Part shown: positions 27,340 through 35,827 of the stretch, piece by piece | How positions within the stretch are numbered: the first letter of the stretch is position 1 | How the letters are laid out: each line of letters starts with the position of its first letter | NCBI GenBank assembly: GCA_021295785.1 | Contig: JAGWBR010000013.1 | Coordinates: 331-64,330 of the forward strand | Direction of reading: 5' to 3' | DNA length: 64,000 bases | Source: Gemmatimonadota bacterium | GTDB lineage: Bacteria > Gemmatimonadota > Gemmatimonadetes > Palauibacterales > Palauibacteraceae | Made by a program: the position numbers and the translations under genes | The notes under the pieces: generated by a model | Seen by the model: only the letters and a program-made list of their open reading frames with translations | What the model was told of the DNA's origin: nothing | The model's database searches: none

Positions 27340-29627
27340 AACCAGATTCCCAGTCCAAGCACGGCGACGATCGGGATTCCGGCCAACGACTCCGGGCGGG
27401 CCCGCTCGTCGAAGCCAGTGCTGTAGAAGAGCGCGTCGCGGCGGTCCAGGGAGTTCAGCAGCTTGAGATAAGGGGCCAGCGTGATCCCCTGGTCCCCGCC
27501 CGTATCCCAGCGCCGAGCCAGCTCCGCGTCGATGCGCAAATAGGAATCGCTGGGTGCCCCCGAAAGGGGAGGGGCAGACAGTTCATCAAAAGAAAAGTGT
27601 TTCACTCCCGGCGAGGGCGCTGCCTCGTTAACGCTAACAAACGGAATACCCGCACCATAAGACACCTGCGCCCCAACCTCCCACCCGCGAGCGTCTGCGG
27701 AGATCCCCCCGGTCAGGAGGTGCCGGCCGACAAAACTGCGTTCGCCGTCACCCAGCTCCGACCACACCCAGGCCAGCGAATACCCGACCCAACCGGTCAG
27801 CGGTCCCTCTGAAGCATGCACCCACAAGTCCGCCCCGGAAGAGGAAACGCTCCGTGCACCCGGGACGCCGGTAAACGATTTGAAGTATCCCTCAAGGCCG
27901 ATCTCAACTCCCGATTCTAGCCTGTTTTCGAGTCCCACCACCAAGTGCGTGGCGGCGGCGACTGCCAGCTGAGAGGTGCCGTCGTCCGATCCCGGGTCGT
28001 CCACGACCGGCACATCGGTCGCCGTGTTCAGGTTCCCCGAGAGAATCGACTCGGGACCTCGCAGCGTCTGGAAAAATCTGCCCGCCGACAACTTGACCGA
28101 CGCTGACGGGGCGACCTTCCACGTCGCGGCTAACCGCGGCGCGGCACGCCCGTATCCGGCCCTGGCGAAATAGCTGCCCCGCAGCCCCCCCCGCAGCTCG
28201 ACCGACTCGTGAGCCCGCCAAATGACTTCTCCCCAGGCCGCGGACACCCGGGCCCGGGCTTCGTGCAACGGCCCGGAAGAGATCGGCCAAAGCTGCGTCA
28301 CCGAAGACCGCTGGGTGTCAAATCCCGCGCCGGCTGCCCACCGGAGTTCGTCTCCGCCCGACTCGTAGATGGCTTCGGTTCGGGTCCGCTCAAGACGTGC
28401 CTGGGAACTGGGCACGCGCGTGGTGGTCAACGCGGTTTTTGAATTGGGGAGAGGGAGTTGGGTCACAAAAAGCCCGTAGGCAGCGGTAAGACTCAGACCG
28501 CCTTCGCCCACGGCCATCCTCCACGACGCCGAACCGGCTGTGTTTCCCCAGTGCGCCCGCCCGAAAAGCCCGCTTTGGGCGACATCTTCCTCCAGAAGAA
28601 TGGACTCGCGGTTCCAAAACCCGGTTCCGGACAGATGTCCGCCAACAATGTCGGCGTCAAGGCGAACAAGGGCGTCGCCGTAGCCGTATGCGAGGTCAAC
28701 GCCGTCGGTGATGTAGGGGTACCCCAATCCGTGCAGTATCCGTCCGCTCCCGATAACCCGGGCATGGTCTCCCAGACTTGTCTCCGCGCGAACGGTTGAG
28801 CCCAGCATGTCCAGCTCGGTACGCCCGGAAGGCCGTTCCCTGGAACCCTCCCTCACGTTGAGTTCCAGGACGTACGACAGACCGCCATCGTAGCGGGCCG
28901 GCGTGCCGCCCGTGTGCAGGGCAGAGCTCTCCAGCAGCCCTCCAGGGAAGGCATCGAGCAAACCGCCCAGATGGAAAGGAGCGTAGACGGGCGCGCCGTC
29001 CAACAGCACAAGCTTCAGATCATTCGCGGCACCCCGCACGTACAGGACGGCCGCCGGATCGGTCGGATCAGCGGGAGCGGTCACTTCGACCAGACCCAGC
29101 TCCGCGGCACCGGGCGAGGATTCCATGGCCGTGCGCTCTGTCCAGCTGGTCGCGCGTGCCTCTTCCGGTGTGAGCCCGGGGATGCTCAATCGCTGACCGC
29201 TCACCATGGCCACAACGCCCTCGATGGGGAAGGGGCGAAGGACCAGTCGCAGGTCCAGGCGCAGATCCGTGCCCGACGTCAGCCAGGCACGGGAAGAGAG
29301 GGGCGTGCGGTCAAGAGCCCGGGCGACTACCAAGATCGGCCCGGCCGGCACCCTCCGGAACTCGTACCGCCCGGCGTTGTCAGATACGGCGTAACGAATA
29401 TTCGTGCCGTCGAACAGCTGGACCGTGGCACCGTGGATGGGGAAACCGGTGCCGCGTGCGAGGATTAGCCCCCCGATGGTTCCGGTCGAAGTTGCCTGAG
29501 ATTGTGAGGGTGTGCTGTTCAGACCCGCGTCGGAGGCCTGCAACGCCGCCGTCGAAGCAGGTCCAGCGGCAGCGAGGGCGATGCACCCCAGCGCTAAGGG
29601 AAGTGCCGGCCCGCGGGAAGGACCCAC
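27336..29627 (-). CDS. TonB-dependent outer-membrane receptor with N-terminal carboxypeptidase-regulatory-like domain
   Basis: Signal peptide, then GTIGGLILARGTGFPIHGATVQLFDG...SDNAGRYEF (CarboxypepD_reg-like). Plug-like segment YVRGAANDLKLVLLDGAPV. Long beta-barrel ending in an aromatic residue (LGIWF). Confidence 0.85.
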   Translation of the reverse strand: MGPSRGPALPLALGCIALAAAGPASTAALQASDAGLNSTPSQSQATSTGTIGGLILARGTGFPIHGATVQLFDGTNIRYAVSDNAGRYEFRRVPAGPILVVARALDRTPLSSRAWLTSGTDLRLDLRLVLRPFPIEGVVAMVSGQRLSIPGLTPEEARATSWTERTAMESSPGAAELGLVEVTAPADPTDPAAVLYVRGAANDLKLVLLDGAPVYAPFHLGGLLDAFPGGLLESSALHTGGTPARYDGGLSYVLELNVREGSRERPSGRTELDMLGSTVRAETSLGDHARVIGSGRILHGLGYPYITDGVDLAYGYGDALVRLDADIVGGHLSGTGFWNRESILLEEDVAQSGLFGRAHWGNTAGSASWRMAVGEGGLSLTAAYGLFVTQLPLPNSKTALTTTRVPSSQARLERTRTEAIYESGGDELRWAAGAGFDTQRSSVTQLWPISSGPLHEARARVSAAWGEVIWRAHESVELRGGLRGSYFARAGYGRAAPRLAATWKVAPSASVKLSAGRFFQTLRGPESILSGNLNTATDVPVVDDPGSDDGTSQLAVAAATHLVVGLENRLESGVEIGLEGYFKSFTGVPGARSVSSSGADLWVHASEGPLTGWVGYSLAWVWSELGDGERSFVGRHLLTGGISADARGWEVGAQVSYGAGIPFVSVNEAAPSPGVKHFSFDELSAPPLSGAPSDSYLRIDAELARRWDTGGDQGITLAPYLKLLNSLDRRDALFYSTGFDERARPESLAGIPIVAVLGLGIWF

Positions 29628-29636
29628 TCCGTTTTC

Positions 29637-30434
29637 TTAGTTGCCCCCCGGCAGTTCGATCGTCGCCCCGCTTCGTTCAGCCGCCGGCGTCAAAGCAAGG
29701 AATCCGCGCTGCGACACGGCTGCTTCGACTCCGTTCACGATCAGCACCGCGGACTCGGCCGAGCGCGGGACCTGCACCAAGATGTCGCCGCTAGCCCCAG
29801 CCGCCTCAATTCGGCCCTCTTCAACGGTAAACCGTGCGGCCTGGCCCTCGACCCGGGCCCACGGCCCGTCGTCCAGCACCACCCTGACCGACAGGGCAGG
29901 GTCGCCAGGCGCATCCAGTTGGATGTGGACTACGCCGTCCCTGGGCATGGCCGCAACAGCCTGCGGGGCAGCGGAAGCGACCGTTGAAGCACCGCCGTCT
30001 CCGCCCGCCAGCCCCCGAACGAGGGCATCCAGTCCGCCGCCGAACAAGTCTCGGACGCCCGTGGCAGGCACGGCGTAGGCACCAGCGGCAATCACGAACG
30101 TCAGTCCGGCCGCCGCGGCCCACCACCGCGCCGGTGTGCCGATCCCGCCGAGAATACCCCCGGAAAAACGCTCGGGCGCCGGCGCGGATCGCCTCGACCG
30201 ACCCGCCAGCATTTCCCGAGCAGCCAAGGTCGTGGGGGCCGGGTCGAGCGCCTCCAAGGCGGCCGACACACGGCGAGTCGCAAACACCATGCGCTCCCGC
30301 CTCGCCGTGCAGTCCGAACACTCTCTGAGGTGAGCCTCGGCAGCGGCGGTTTCGCCCGACCCCAATTCGTTGTCGATCAGGCTCAGCAGAAGCCCGTCGT
30401 CCAAATGATAGTTGATAATTGTGTCCGTGTTCAT
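29637..30434 (-). CDS. Anti-sigma factor (zf-HC2 type), single-pass membrane protein
   Basis: HLRECSDCTARRE gives the H-x3-C-x2-C motif. A central TM segment is present (WWAAAAGLTFVIAAGAY). The start overlaps the sigma-factor stop by 4 nt. Confidence 0.8.
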   Translation of the reverse strand: MNTDTIINYHLDDGLLLSLIDNELGSGETAAAEAHLRECSDCTARRERMVFATRRVSAALEALDPAPTTLAAREMLAGRSRRSAPAPERFSGGILGGIGTPARWWAAAAGLTFVIAAGAYAVPATGVRDLFGGGLDALVRGLAGGDGGASTVASAAPQAVAAMPRDGVVHIQLDAPGDPALSVRVVLDDGPWARVEGQAARFTVEEGRIEAAGASGDILVQVPRSAESAVLIVNGVEAAVSQRGFLALTPAAERSGATIELPGGN

Positions 30435-31030
30435 CGGTTTTCCGCTACACCTTGTCTTCCGTCCCGGGGTCCAACTCCACCGGTGCTTCCGTCCCTTTCC
30501 CGCCGGTCATTTCCCGAAGGCGGGTCCCCACTCCCCAGCAGTACTCGTTCAAATTGTTTCAGCGCGCGTGCCAGAATCGTGCCAACCGATCCATACCGTA
30601 ATCCAAAAACTTCCGAAATCTCTCTGTATGAATATCCTGACTCGCGCATCAGCAGGAGCTGTCGGTTGCGCTCGGAGATTTGTTCCAGCGCCACCCTGAC
30701 CCGCCGTATTGTCTCGTCTCGTTGTTCTTGTTCGTCCGGGGGGGTCTCGCGCGTGGGCAAGAGCACCGCCAATTGGTCTGGATACTCCCGGTGTAACCTT
30801 CGTTCTCGCGTTCGCCTGCGGGCCTCGTCCCGCAAGGCGTTGGTGACCACTCTCAGCAACCAGACACCTACTTCGGCACTGCGGACCTCGTTCTCCATCA
30901 ACTTCACGAACGCCCCCTGCACCGCGTCACTGGCAGCTTCGGGGTCGCCCGACAATCTGACAGCGTAGGCGTAGAGCGAAGCGTGATGCCGACGAAAGAC
31001 CGCCTCGATGTCAGCTGTGCCCTTGGTCAT
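30431..31030 (-). CDS. ECF (group 4) sigma-70 family factor
   Basis: From the ATG at 31030: region 2 is HHASLYAYAVRLSGDPEAASDAVQGAFVKL and region 4 HTH is YSYREISEVFGLRYGSVGTILARALKQF. The track's longer ORF (to 31546) is an unsupported extension. Confidence 0.88.
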   Translation of the reverse strand: MTKGTADIEAVFRRHHASLYAYAVRLSGDPEAASDAVQGAFVKLMENEVRSAEVGVWLLRVVTNALRDEARRRTRERRLHREYPDQLAVLLPTRETPPDEQEQRDETIRRVRVALEQISERNRQLLLMRESGYSYREISEVFGLRYGSVGTILARALKQFERVLLGSGDPPSGNDRRERDGSTGGVGPRDGRQGVAENR

Positions 31031-31267
31031 CTGTTGTTTAGACGCCTGAACGCCCGTGTTTGTGACATGCGCCAGTCTCCCTTCGGGACGGGTGTAACCG
31101 GCTGGTTCGGTGCGGTGTGCCGCGCCAGTGGATAACTTAACATTACCCAACGGGGGGCGGGAACGGGCCGCCCGCCGCCGGGCTGCGAGGATCCCGTTTC
31201 CCGCTCCGCGGAATCCCGCGGAACCCTGCAACCAGCCCGAACCCGCACCCCCGAACCTCCGAACTCT

Positions 31268-32536
31268 TTGGACAACTACTACCCCTGCCTGGGTTCCGAA
31301 CATTTCATGCTCCGCGACATGGTGCGCGACTTCGCCGAGAACGAGGTGGCACCGGTCGCGGCCGGGCACGACGAGACCGAGGAGTTTCCGTGGGCGACCG
31401 GCGCGCAGATGGCCGAATTGGGGCTCTTCGGCATCCCCTTCGAAGAGAAATACGGGGGAGTCGGCCTGGACCTGCTGTCGCTTGTGATCGCGGTCGAAGA
31501 ACTGGCGCGAGTTGATGCGAGCCACTCCATCATGATCGGGGCGCACACATCGCTCGCCGCGTCACCCATTTACAAGTGGGGGACCGAGGGCCAGAGAGAG
31601 ACATTCCTGACCCCCCTTGCTTCGGGCAGGGCTCTGGGCGGTCTGGGCTTGACCGAACCCGGTTCTGGATCCGATGCCGCGGGCATGCAAACCACTGCTG
31701 TGCGGGACGGAGCGGGGTGGCGGCTGAACGGTGCCAAGACCTGGATCACCCACGGAGGTGTGGGAGAGGTGTTTTGCGTGGCGGCCATTACGACCCCGGC
31801 AAGTCCCCAGCGGGGTGACAGCCCGGGAATCAGCTGTTTCATCGTGACCAAGGAAACGTGCGGCCTGACCGACGAAGGGCATCTGGGGCTGGCGGAAACA
31901 GGCCCTCGGGGCGCACGCTTCGGGCACGACCCCGACCTGGCTCCCATGCCGGGCTTCACCGCCGGCCGCAAACTGAGGAAACTGGGGTGGAACGCCTCGG
32001 ACACAAGAGAGCTGGTCTTCGACAACGTCGAGGTCCCCCCCGAGAACCTCCTGGGCGAGGTTGACCTGGGGTTTCCGCTGGTGCTGGATACCCTGGACGG
32101 AGGCCGAATCGGCATTGCCGCCCACGCCGTGGGCGTCGCCCAGGGGGCCATGGACAAGGCCTGCGAATACACGGGCGAGCGCGAACAGTTCGGGAAACGC
32201 GTCAACCAGTTTCAGGGGGTGCGTTTCATGCTCGCCGACATGGAAACCAGAATACATGCAGCCCGGCTCATGACCTATCATGCCGCGCGCCTGCGAATGG
32301 ATGGCAAGCCGCACAAGAAGGAAGCCGCGATGGCCAAATTGGCTGCGTCCGAAACAGCAGTGGATGCAGCAGACCTGGCCGTGCAACTTCACGGTGGCTA
32401 CGGCTACTCCCGCGAGTACCCGGTCGAACGGATGCTGCGGGATGCCAAGATCACGGAGATAGGGGAGGGAACAAGCGAAATCCTCAAGATCGTGATCGCG
32501 CGCGAGATGATGGGGAGAGTCGACACGGTGACCTGA
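31268..32536 (+). CDS. Acyl-CoA dehydrogenase (with an unusual roughly 30-aa internal insertion)
   Basis: ACAD pattern throughout: MLRDMVRDFAENEVAP, GLTEPGSGSD, KTWITHG, FQGVRFMLADM, GGYGYSREYPVERMLRDAKI.EIGEGTSEI. TTG start; the ATG at 31307 is an alternative. Confidence 0.9.
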   Translation: MDNYYPCLGSEHFMLRDMVRDFAENEVAPVAAGHDETEEFPWATGAQMAELGLFGIPFEEKYGGVGLDLLSLVIAVEELARVDASHSIMIGAHTSLAASPIYKWGTEGQRETFLTPLASGRALGGLGLTEPGSGSDAAGMQTTAVRDGAGWRLNGAKTWITHGGVGEVFCVAAITTPASPQRGDSPGISCFIVTKETCGLTDEGHLGLAETGPRGARFGHDPDLAPMPGFTAGRKLRKLGWNASDTRELVFDNVEVPPENLLGEVDLGFPLVLDTLDGGRIGIAAHAVGVAQGAMDKACEYTGEREQFGKRVNQFQGVRFMLADMETRIHAARLMTYHAARLRMDGKPHKKEAAMAKLAASETAVDAADLAVQLHGGYGYSREYPVERMLRDAKITEIGEGTSEILKIVIAREMMGRVDTVT

Positions 32537-32537
32537 A

Positions 32538-34076
32538 TTGGCCACGGCGCCGAAACGCCAAATCATCGTCAACGATTCGGTTCGCGAAACCCGGGTCGCC
32601 ATCCTTGAGGAAGGCCGCCTGGTTGAGTTGATCCACGCCGGGGTGGGCGAGACGCGCCTCAAGGGCAACATCTACCGGGGCGTGGTTGAGGCCGTGGTTC
32701 CGGGGCTTCAGGCGGCTTTCGTTGACATCGGCCACGAGAAGGCGGGCTTCTTGCACGCGTCGGACCTCCTCACCGAGCCCGACGAAGACGATCCCTCCGC
32801 GGCGAACCCGGCGGATACCGAGCCTGCCCGCATTCAGGACGCCGTCCAGAAGGGTCAGTCGATACTTGTCCAGGTAACGAAAGAACCCATCTCGACCAAG
32901 GGCTCGCGGGTGACCTCGCAGGTCTCGTTGCCGGGCCGGTTCATTGTGTACATGCCCGCCTCCGACCACGTCGGGGTCAGCCGGAAGATCACGGCCCGCG
33001 AAGACCGCGCCTCGCTGCGGCAGATGGCCCGCAAACTGCTCGGAGTAGGGGCCCCGGACGGCGTGATTGTGCGGACCGCGGGCGAGGGGCTGACCGAGGA
33101 TGTTCTCAAGAAGGAACTGGCACGCCTGCGCGGAGCCTGGAAGAAGATCCAGCGACGTGCGAAGGGGAAGAAAGCTCCCGCCCTGGTGCACGAGGATGCT
33201 TCGCTCACCCAGGGGATTATCCGCGACCTGTTCAACGACCGCGTTGACCAGTTGAGGGTGGACTCGGCGGCGCTTCACCAGGAAATCAAGTCGTATCTGG
33301 GCGAGATCGACAAAAAGCTGATGCAGCGGGTGGAGCTGTACGAGGGCGACGGTCCGGTTTTCGATCATTTTGGGGTCGAGGACGAGATTCGCCGCGCCTT
33401 CCACAGGACCGCGCGACTGCCTTCGGGCGGTCAGATCGTGGTCGAAGAGACCGAAGCGCTCGTGTCGATCGATGTGAACACGGGCAGGTTCACGGGGAAA
33501 GGGAAGAAGGACCCGGCCGACACCATCCTCAAGACGAACATGGAAGCCGCGTCGGAAGTAGCGCGCCAGCTCCGCCTGCGGGACATTGGCGGAATAGTGG
33601 TAATCGACTTCATCGACATGGACACTCAGCAGCACCGTGACAAGGTCGTGTCAGAGATGAGGCGGCTGCTCTCCCGTGACCGCGCCCGCACAAAGGTGTT
33701 CGCGATCTCCGAGCTGGGGTTGATGCAGGTGAGCAGGCAGCGGGTGAACCCGTCGCTCAAGCAGCGCATGACCTCTCGGTGCGCGTTTTGTTGGGGAAAA
33801 GGGAACGTTCTGTCGCCGGAAGCCGTGCTGCGCCGCGTTGAACGGGCATTGGTCAGAGCCTCCGCGGATCGTCGCGTGCAAGGCCTGTCGGTGGTGCTCC
33901 ATCCGTCGGTGGTTTTGCACCTGCTGGAGCACGAGCGGGAGTTCCTGGACCGGGCCCGTGAGGAAACCGGGTTGACTTTGGAGCTGGCCGACAGCCCGCT
34001 GCTGGACCAGGACGGAGTCCGGTTGTTACAACACCCGGGTGATCAGGACGTAAGCGGGCGGTTCTTACCTAATTAG
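32538..34076 (+). CDS. rng: Ribonuclease G/E family endoribonuclease (size fits RNase G)
   Basis: S1-domain N-terminus (ETRVAILEEGRLVEL...GNIYRGVVEAVVPGLQAAFVDIG). The catalytic core includes VSIDVNTGRF and GGIVVIDFIDM. Length 512 aa. Confidence 0.9.
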   Translation: MATAPKRQIIVNDSVRETRVAILEEGRLVELIHAGVGETRLKGNIYRGVVEAVVPGLQAAFVDIGHEKAGFLHASDLLTEPDEDDPSAANPADTEPARIQDAVQKGQSILVQVTKEPISTKGSRVTSQVSLPGRFIVYMPASDHVGVSRKITAREDRASLRQMARKLLGVGAPDGVIVRTAGEGLTEDVLKKELARLRGAWKKIQRRAKGKKAPALVHEDASLTQGIIRDLFNDRVDQLRVDSAALHQEIKSYLGEIDKKLMQRVELYEGDGPVFDHFGVEDEIRRAFHRTARLPSGGQIVVEETEALVSIDVNTGRFTGKGKKDPADTILKTNMEAASEVARQLRLRDIGGIVVIDFIDMDTQQHRDKVVSEMRRLLSRDRARTKVFAISELGLMQVSRQRVNPSLKQRMTSRCAFCWGKGNVLSPEAVLRRVERALVRASADRRVQGLSVVLHPSVVLHLLEHEREFLDRAREETGLTLELADSPLLDQDGVRLLQHPGDQDVSGRFLPN

Positions 34077-34100
34077 GCTCCCGCCAGCAAGCTCCCGTGG

Positions 34101-34130
34101 TTAGCGTTTTCCGGTATCATGGACTATAAT
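34101..34130 (+). promoter_or_regulatory. Candidate promoter of rplU-rpmA (TTAGCG-N18-TATAAT)
   Basis: A perfect TATAAT hexamer at 34125-34130 lies in an otherwise GC-rich genome, about 90 nt upstream of the rplU ATG. Confidence 0.45.
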
Positions 34131-34220
34131 ATCAGGCTGTCCCAAACGGGCCGTAGAGTTGCTGGGGCCCGGCGAGTTGGTGCGGGTTTGACTGGTTGAG
34201 ATACGAAGAGAGTTCCTGAC

Positions 34221-34583
34221 ATGTACGCGATATTTCAGGCCCAGGGGAAGCAGTTCAGGGCGGATCCGGACGCCGTTCTCCGCATCCCGTCCCTCCAAGC
34301 CGAGCCGGGTGAGACCGTTGTTTTTGACACCGTGATGCTCGCCGGTGATGACGAAGGGGTCCAGGTCGGTCAGCCCACGCTGAGCGGAGCGGCGGTCAGC
34401 GCCGAAGTTCTTTCGCACGGCCGGGAAGACAGGATCGTCGTCTACAAGCTCAAGAGGCGCAAGGGATACCGGCGTAAGAAGGGTCACCGGCAGGGATTCA
34501 CCGAGATCCGGGTCACGGAAATCAACGTCTCTTCGGACGGTGCCAAGGATGCCGACAAAAAGACGGAAGGCGCAGGGGAATAG
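34221..34583 (+). CDS. rplU: 50S ribosomal protein L21
   Basis: MYAIFQAQGKQFR...VVYKLKRRKGYRRKKGHRQGFTEIRV matches L21. A short acidic/lysine C-terminal tail is present. Confidence 0.97.
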   Translation: MYAIFQAQGKQFRADPDAVLRIPSLQAEPGETVVFDTVMLAGDDEGVQVGQPTLSGAAVSAEVLSHGREDRIVVYKLKRRKGYRRKKGHRQGFTEIRVTEINVSSDGAKDADKKTEGAGE

Positions 34584-34586
34584 AAC

Positions 34587-34835
34587 ATGGCCCACAAGAA
34601 AGGCGTCGGCTCAAGCCGCAACGGCCGCGATTCCAATCCCCAGTATCTGGGCGTGAAGCGTTACGGAGGCGAGCAGGTCACTGCGGGCAGCATCCTCGTC
34701 AGACAGCGGGGCACGCCCTTCCACCCGGGACGTAACGTGGGGCGCGGCAAGGACGACACACTATTCGCTCTGACCGACGGCGTGGTAGAGTTCAAGCGCG
34801 GCAAAGGCGGCAGGCGATCAGTCCACATCGCCTGA
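34587..34835 (+). CDS. rpmA: 50S ribosomal protein L27
   Basis: [29 protein letters not shown]...[20 protein letters not shown] matches L27. Confidence 0.97.
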   Translation: MAHKKGVGSSRNGRDSNPQYLGVKRYGGEQVTAGSILVRQRGTPFHPGRNVGRGKDDTLFALTDGVVEFKRGKGGRRSVHIA

Positions 34836-34851
34836 GGACGGGCCCCCGGGC

Positions 34852-35631
34852 TCAGCTGCCCTTGAACTCCGGCCGGCGCTTCGACAAGAAGGCGTCTACA
34901 CCCTCGGCCATGTCATCGGTGGAAAACAGCAACGAGAACCAGGCGCTCTCGAACTTCAGCCCCTGATCCAGGGGCATGCGCCTGGCGGCCAGCACCGATT
35001 CCTTGGCCGCTTGAAGCGCCACGGGGCTCCGGCCGCCGATTGCGCCCGCGAGCTTCATCACATGCTCTTCCAGTTCTCCGGGCTCCACCGCAACCTCGAC
35101 CAGGCCGATCTCAGCCGCCTTGGTGCCCGAAATGAACTCGCCGCTCGTGATCAGCCGCATCGCCCATCCTTCCCCAACCAGGCGGGGCAGCCGCTGGGTG
35201 CCACCGGCCCCCGGAATCAGGCCGAGGTTGATTTCCGGCTGGCCGATCTTGGCGGTGGACGCGGCGACTCGCATGTCGCAGGCCATGGCCAGCTCGCAAC
35301 CGCCGCCCAGGCAAAACCCGTTGATCATGGCGATCACGGGCTTGGGGAAGGCCTCGACGGCGTCGTAGATGTTCCCCGCCTTCATCCGCCGGTACTGTTC
35401 TACCGGTCGAGCATCCTTGAACTCGCCGATGTCTGCTCCCGCGATGAAGGCTCGCCCCCCGGCTCCGGTCAACACCACAACGCGCACTTCGTCTTCCGCA
35501 GCCAGGTCGGAAAGCGCCGCCAGCAACGCGCACCTGACCGCCCCGTTCAAGGCGTTGAGCTTCTCGGGTCGGTTCACGGTGAGCCGCGCAACACGGCCTT
35601 CCAGCTTCTCAACGATCAGGACATCGCTCAC
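34852..35631 (-). CDS. Enoyl-CoA hydratase (crotonase family)
   Basis: GTG at 35631 is preceded by [22 protein letters not shown]...FIAGADI...[18 protein letters not shown] matches the family. Confidence 0.9.
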   Translation of the reverse strand: MSDVLIVEKLEGRVARLTVNRPEKLNALNGAVRCALLAALSDLAAEDEVRVVVLTGAGGRAFIAGADIGEFKDARPVEQYRRMKAGNIYDAVEAFPKPVIAMINGFCLGGGCELAMACDMRVAASTAKIGQPEINLGLIPGAGGTQRLPRLVGEGWAMRLITSGEFISGTKAAEIGLVEVAVEPGELEEHVMKLAGAIGGRSPVALQAAKESVLAARRMPLDQGLKFESAWFSLLFSTDDMAEGVDAFLSKRRPEFKGS

Positions 35632-35827
35632 GCGGTCACCTCCGTTTGAGCCAGGGTGGGATTTCCGACCAGACGAACGCCGGAGCAACACGGCCGGGCA
35701 GTGTGGCCGGGGCAAAGCCGCCAACCCGCTGCAGCGGCTCCGAAACTAACGCCGGGCGCTAGGTTCGGTGCCGTTACGTGCTGTAAATTGCGGACGGGAT
35801 TATTGACCGATTGAACTGGGACCAGCC

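Noticed and set aside
34101-34595. 164-aa minus-strand ORF covering rplU.
   Set aside because: It is antisense to the L21 gene, whose identity is certain.
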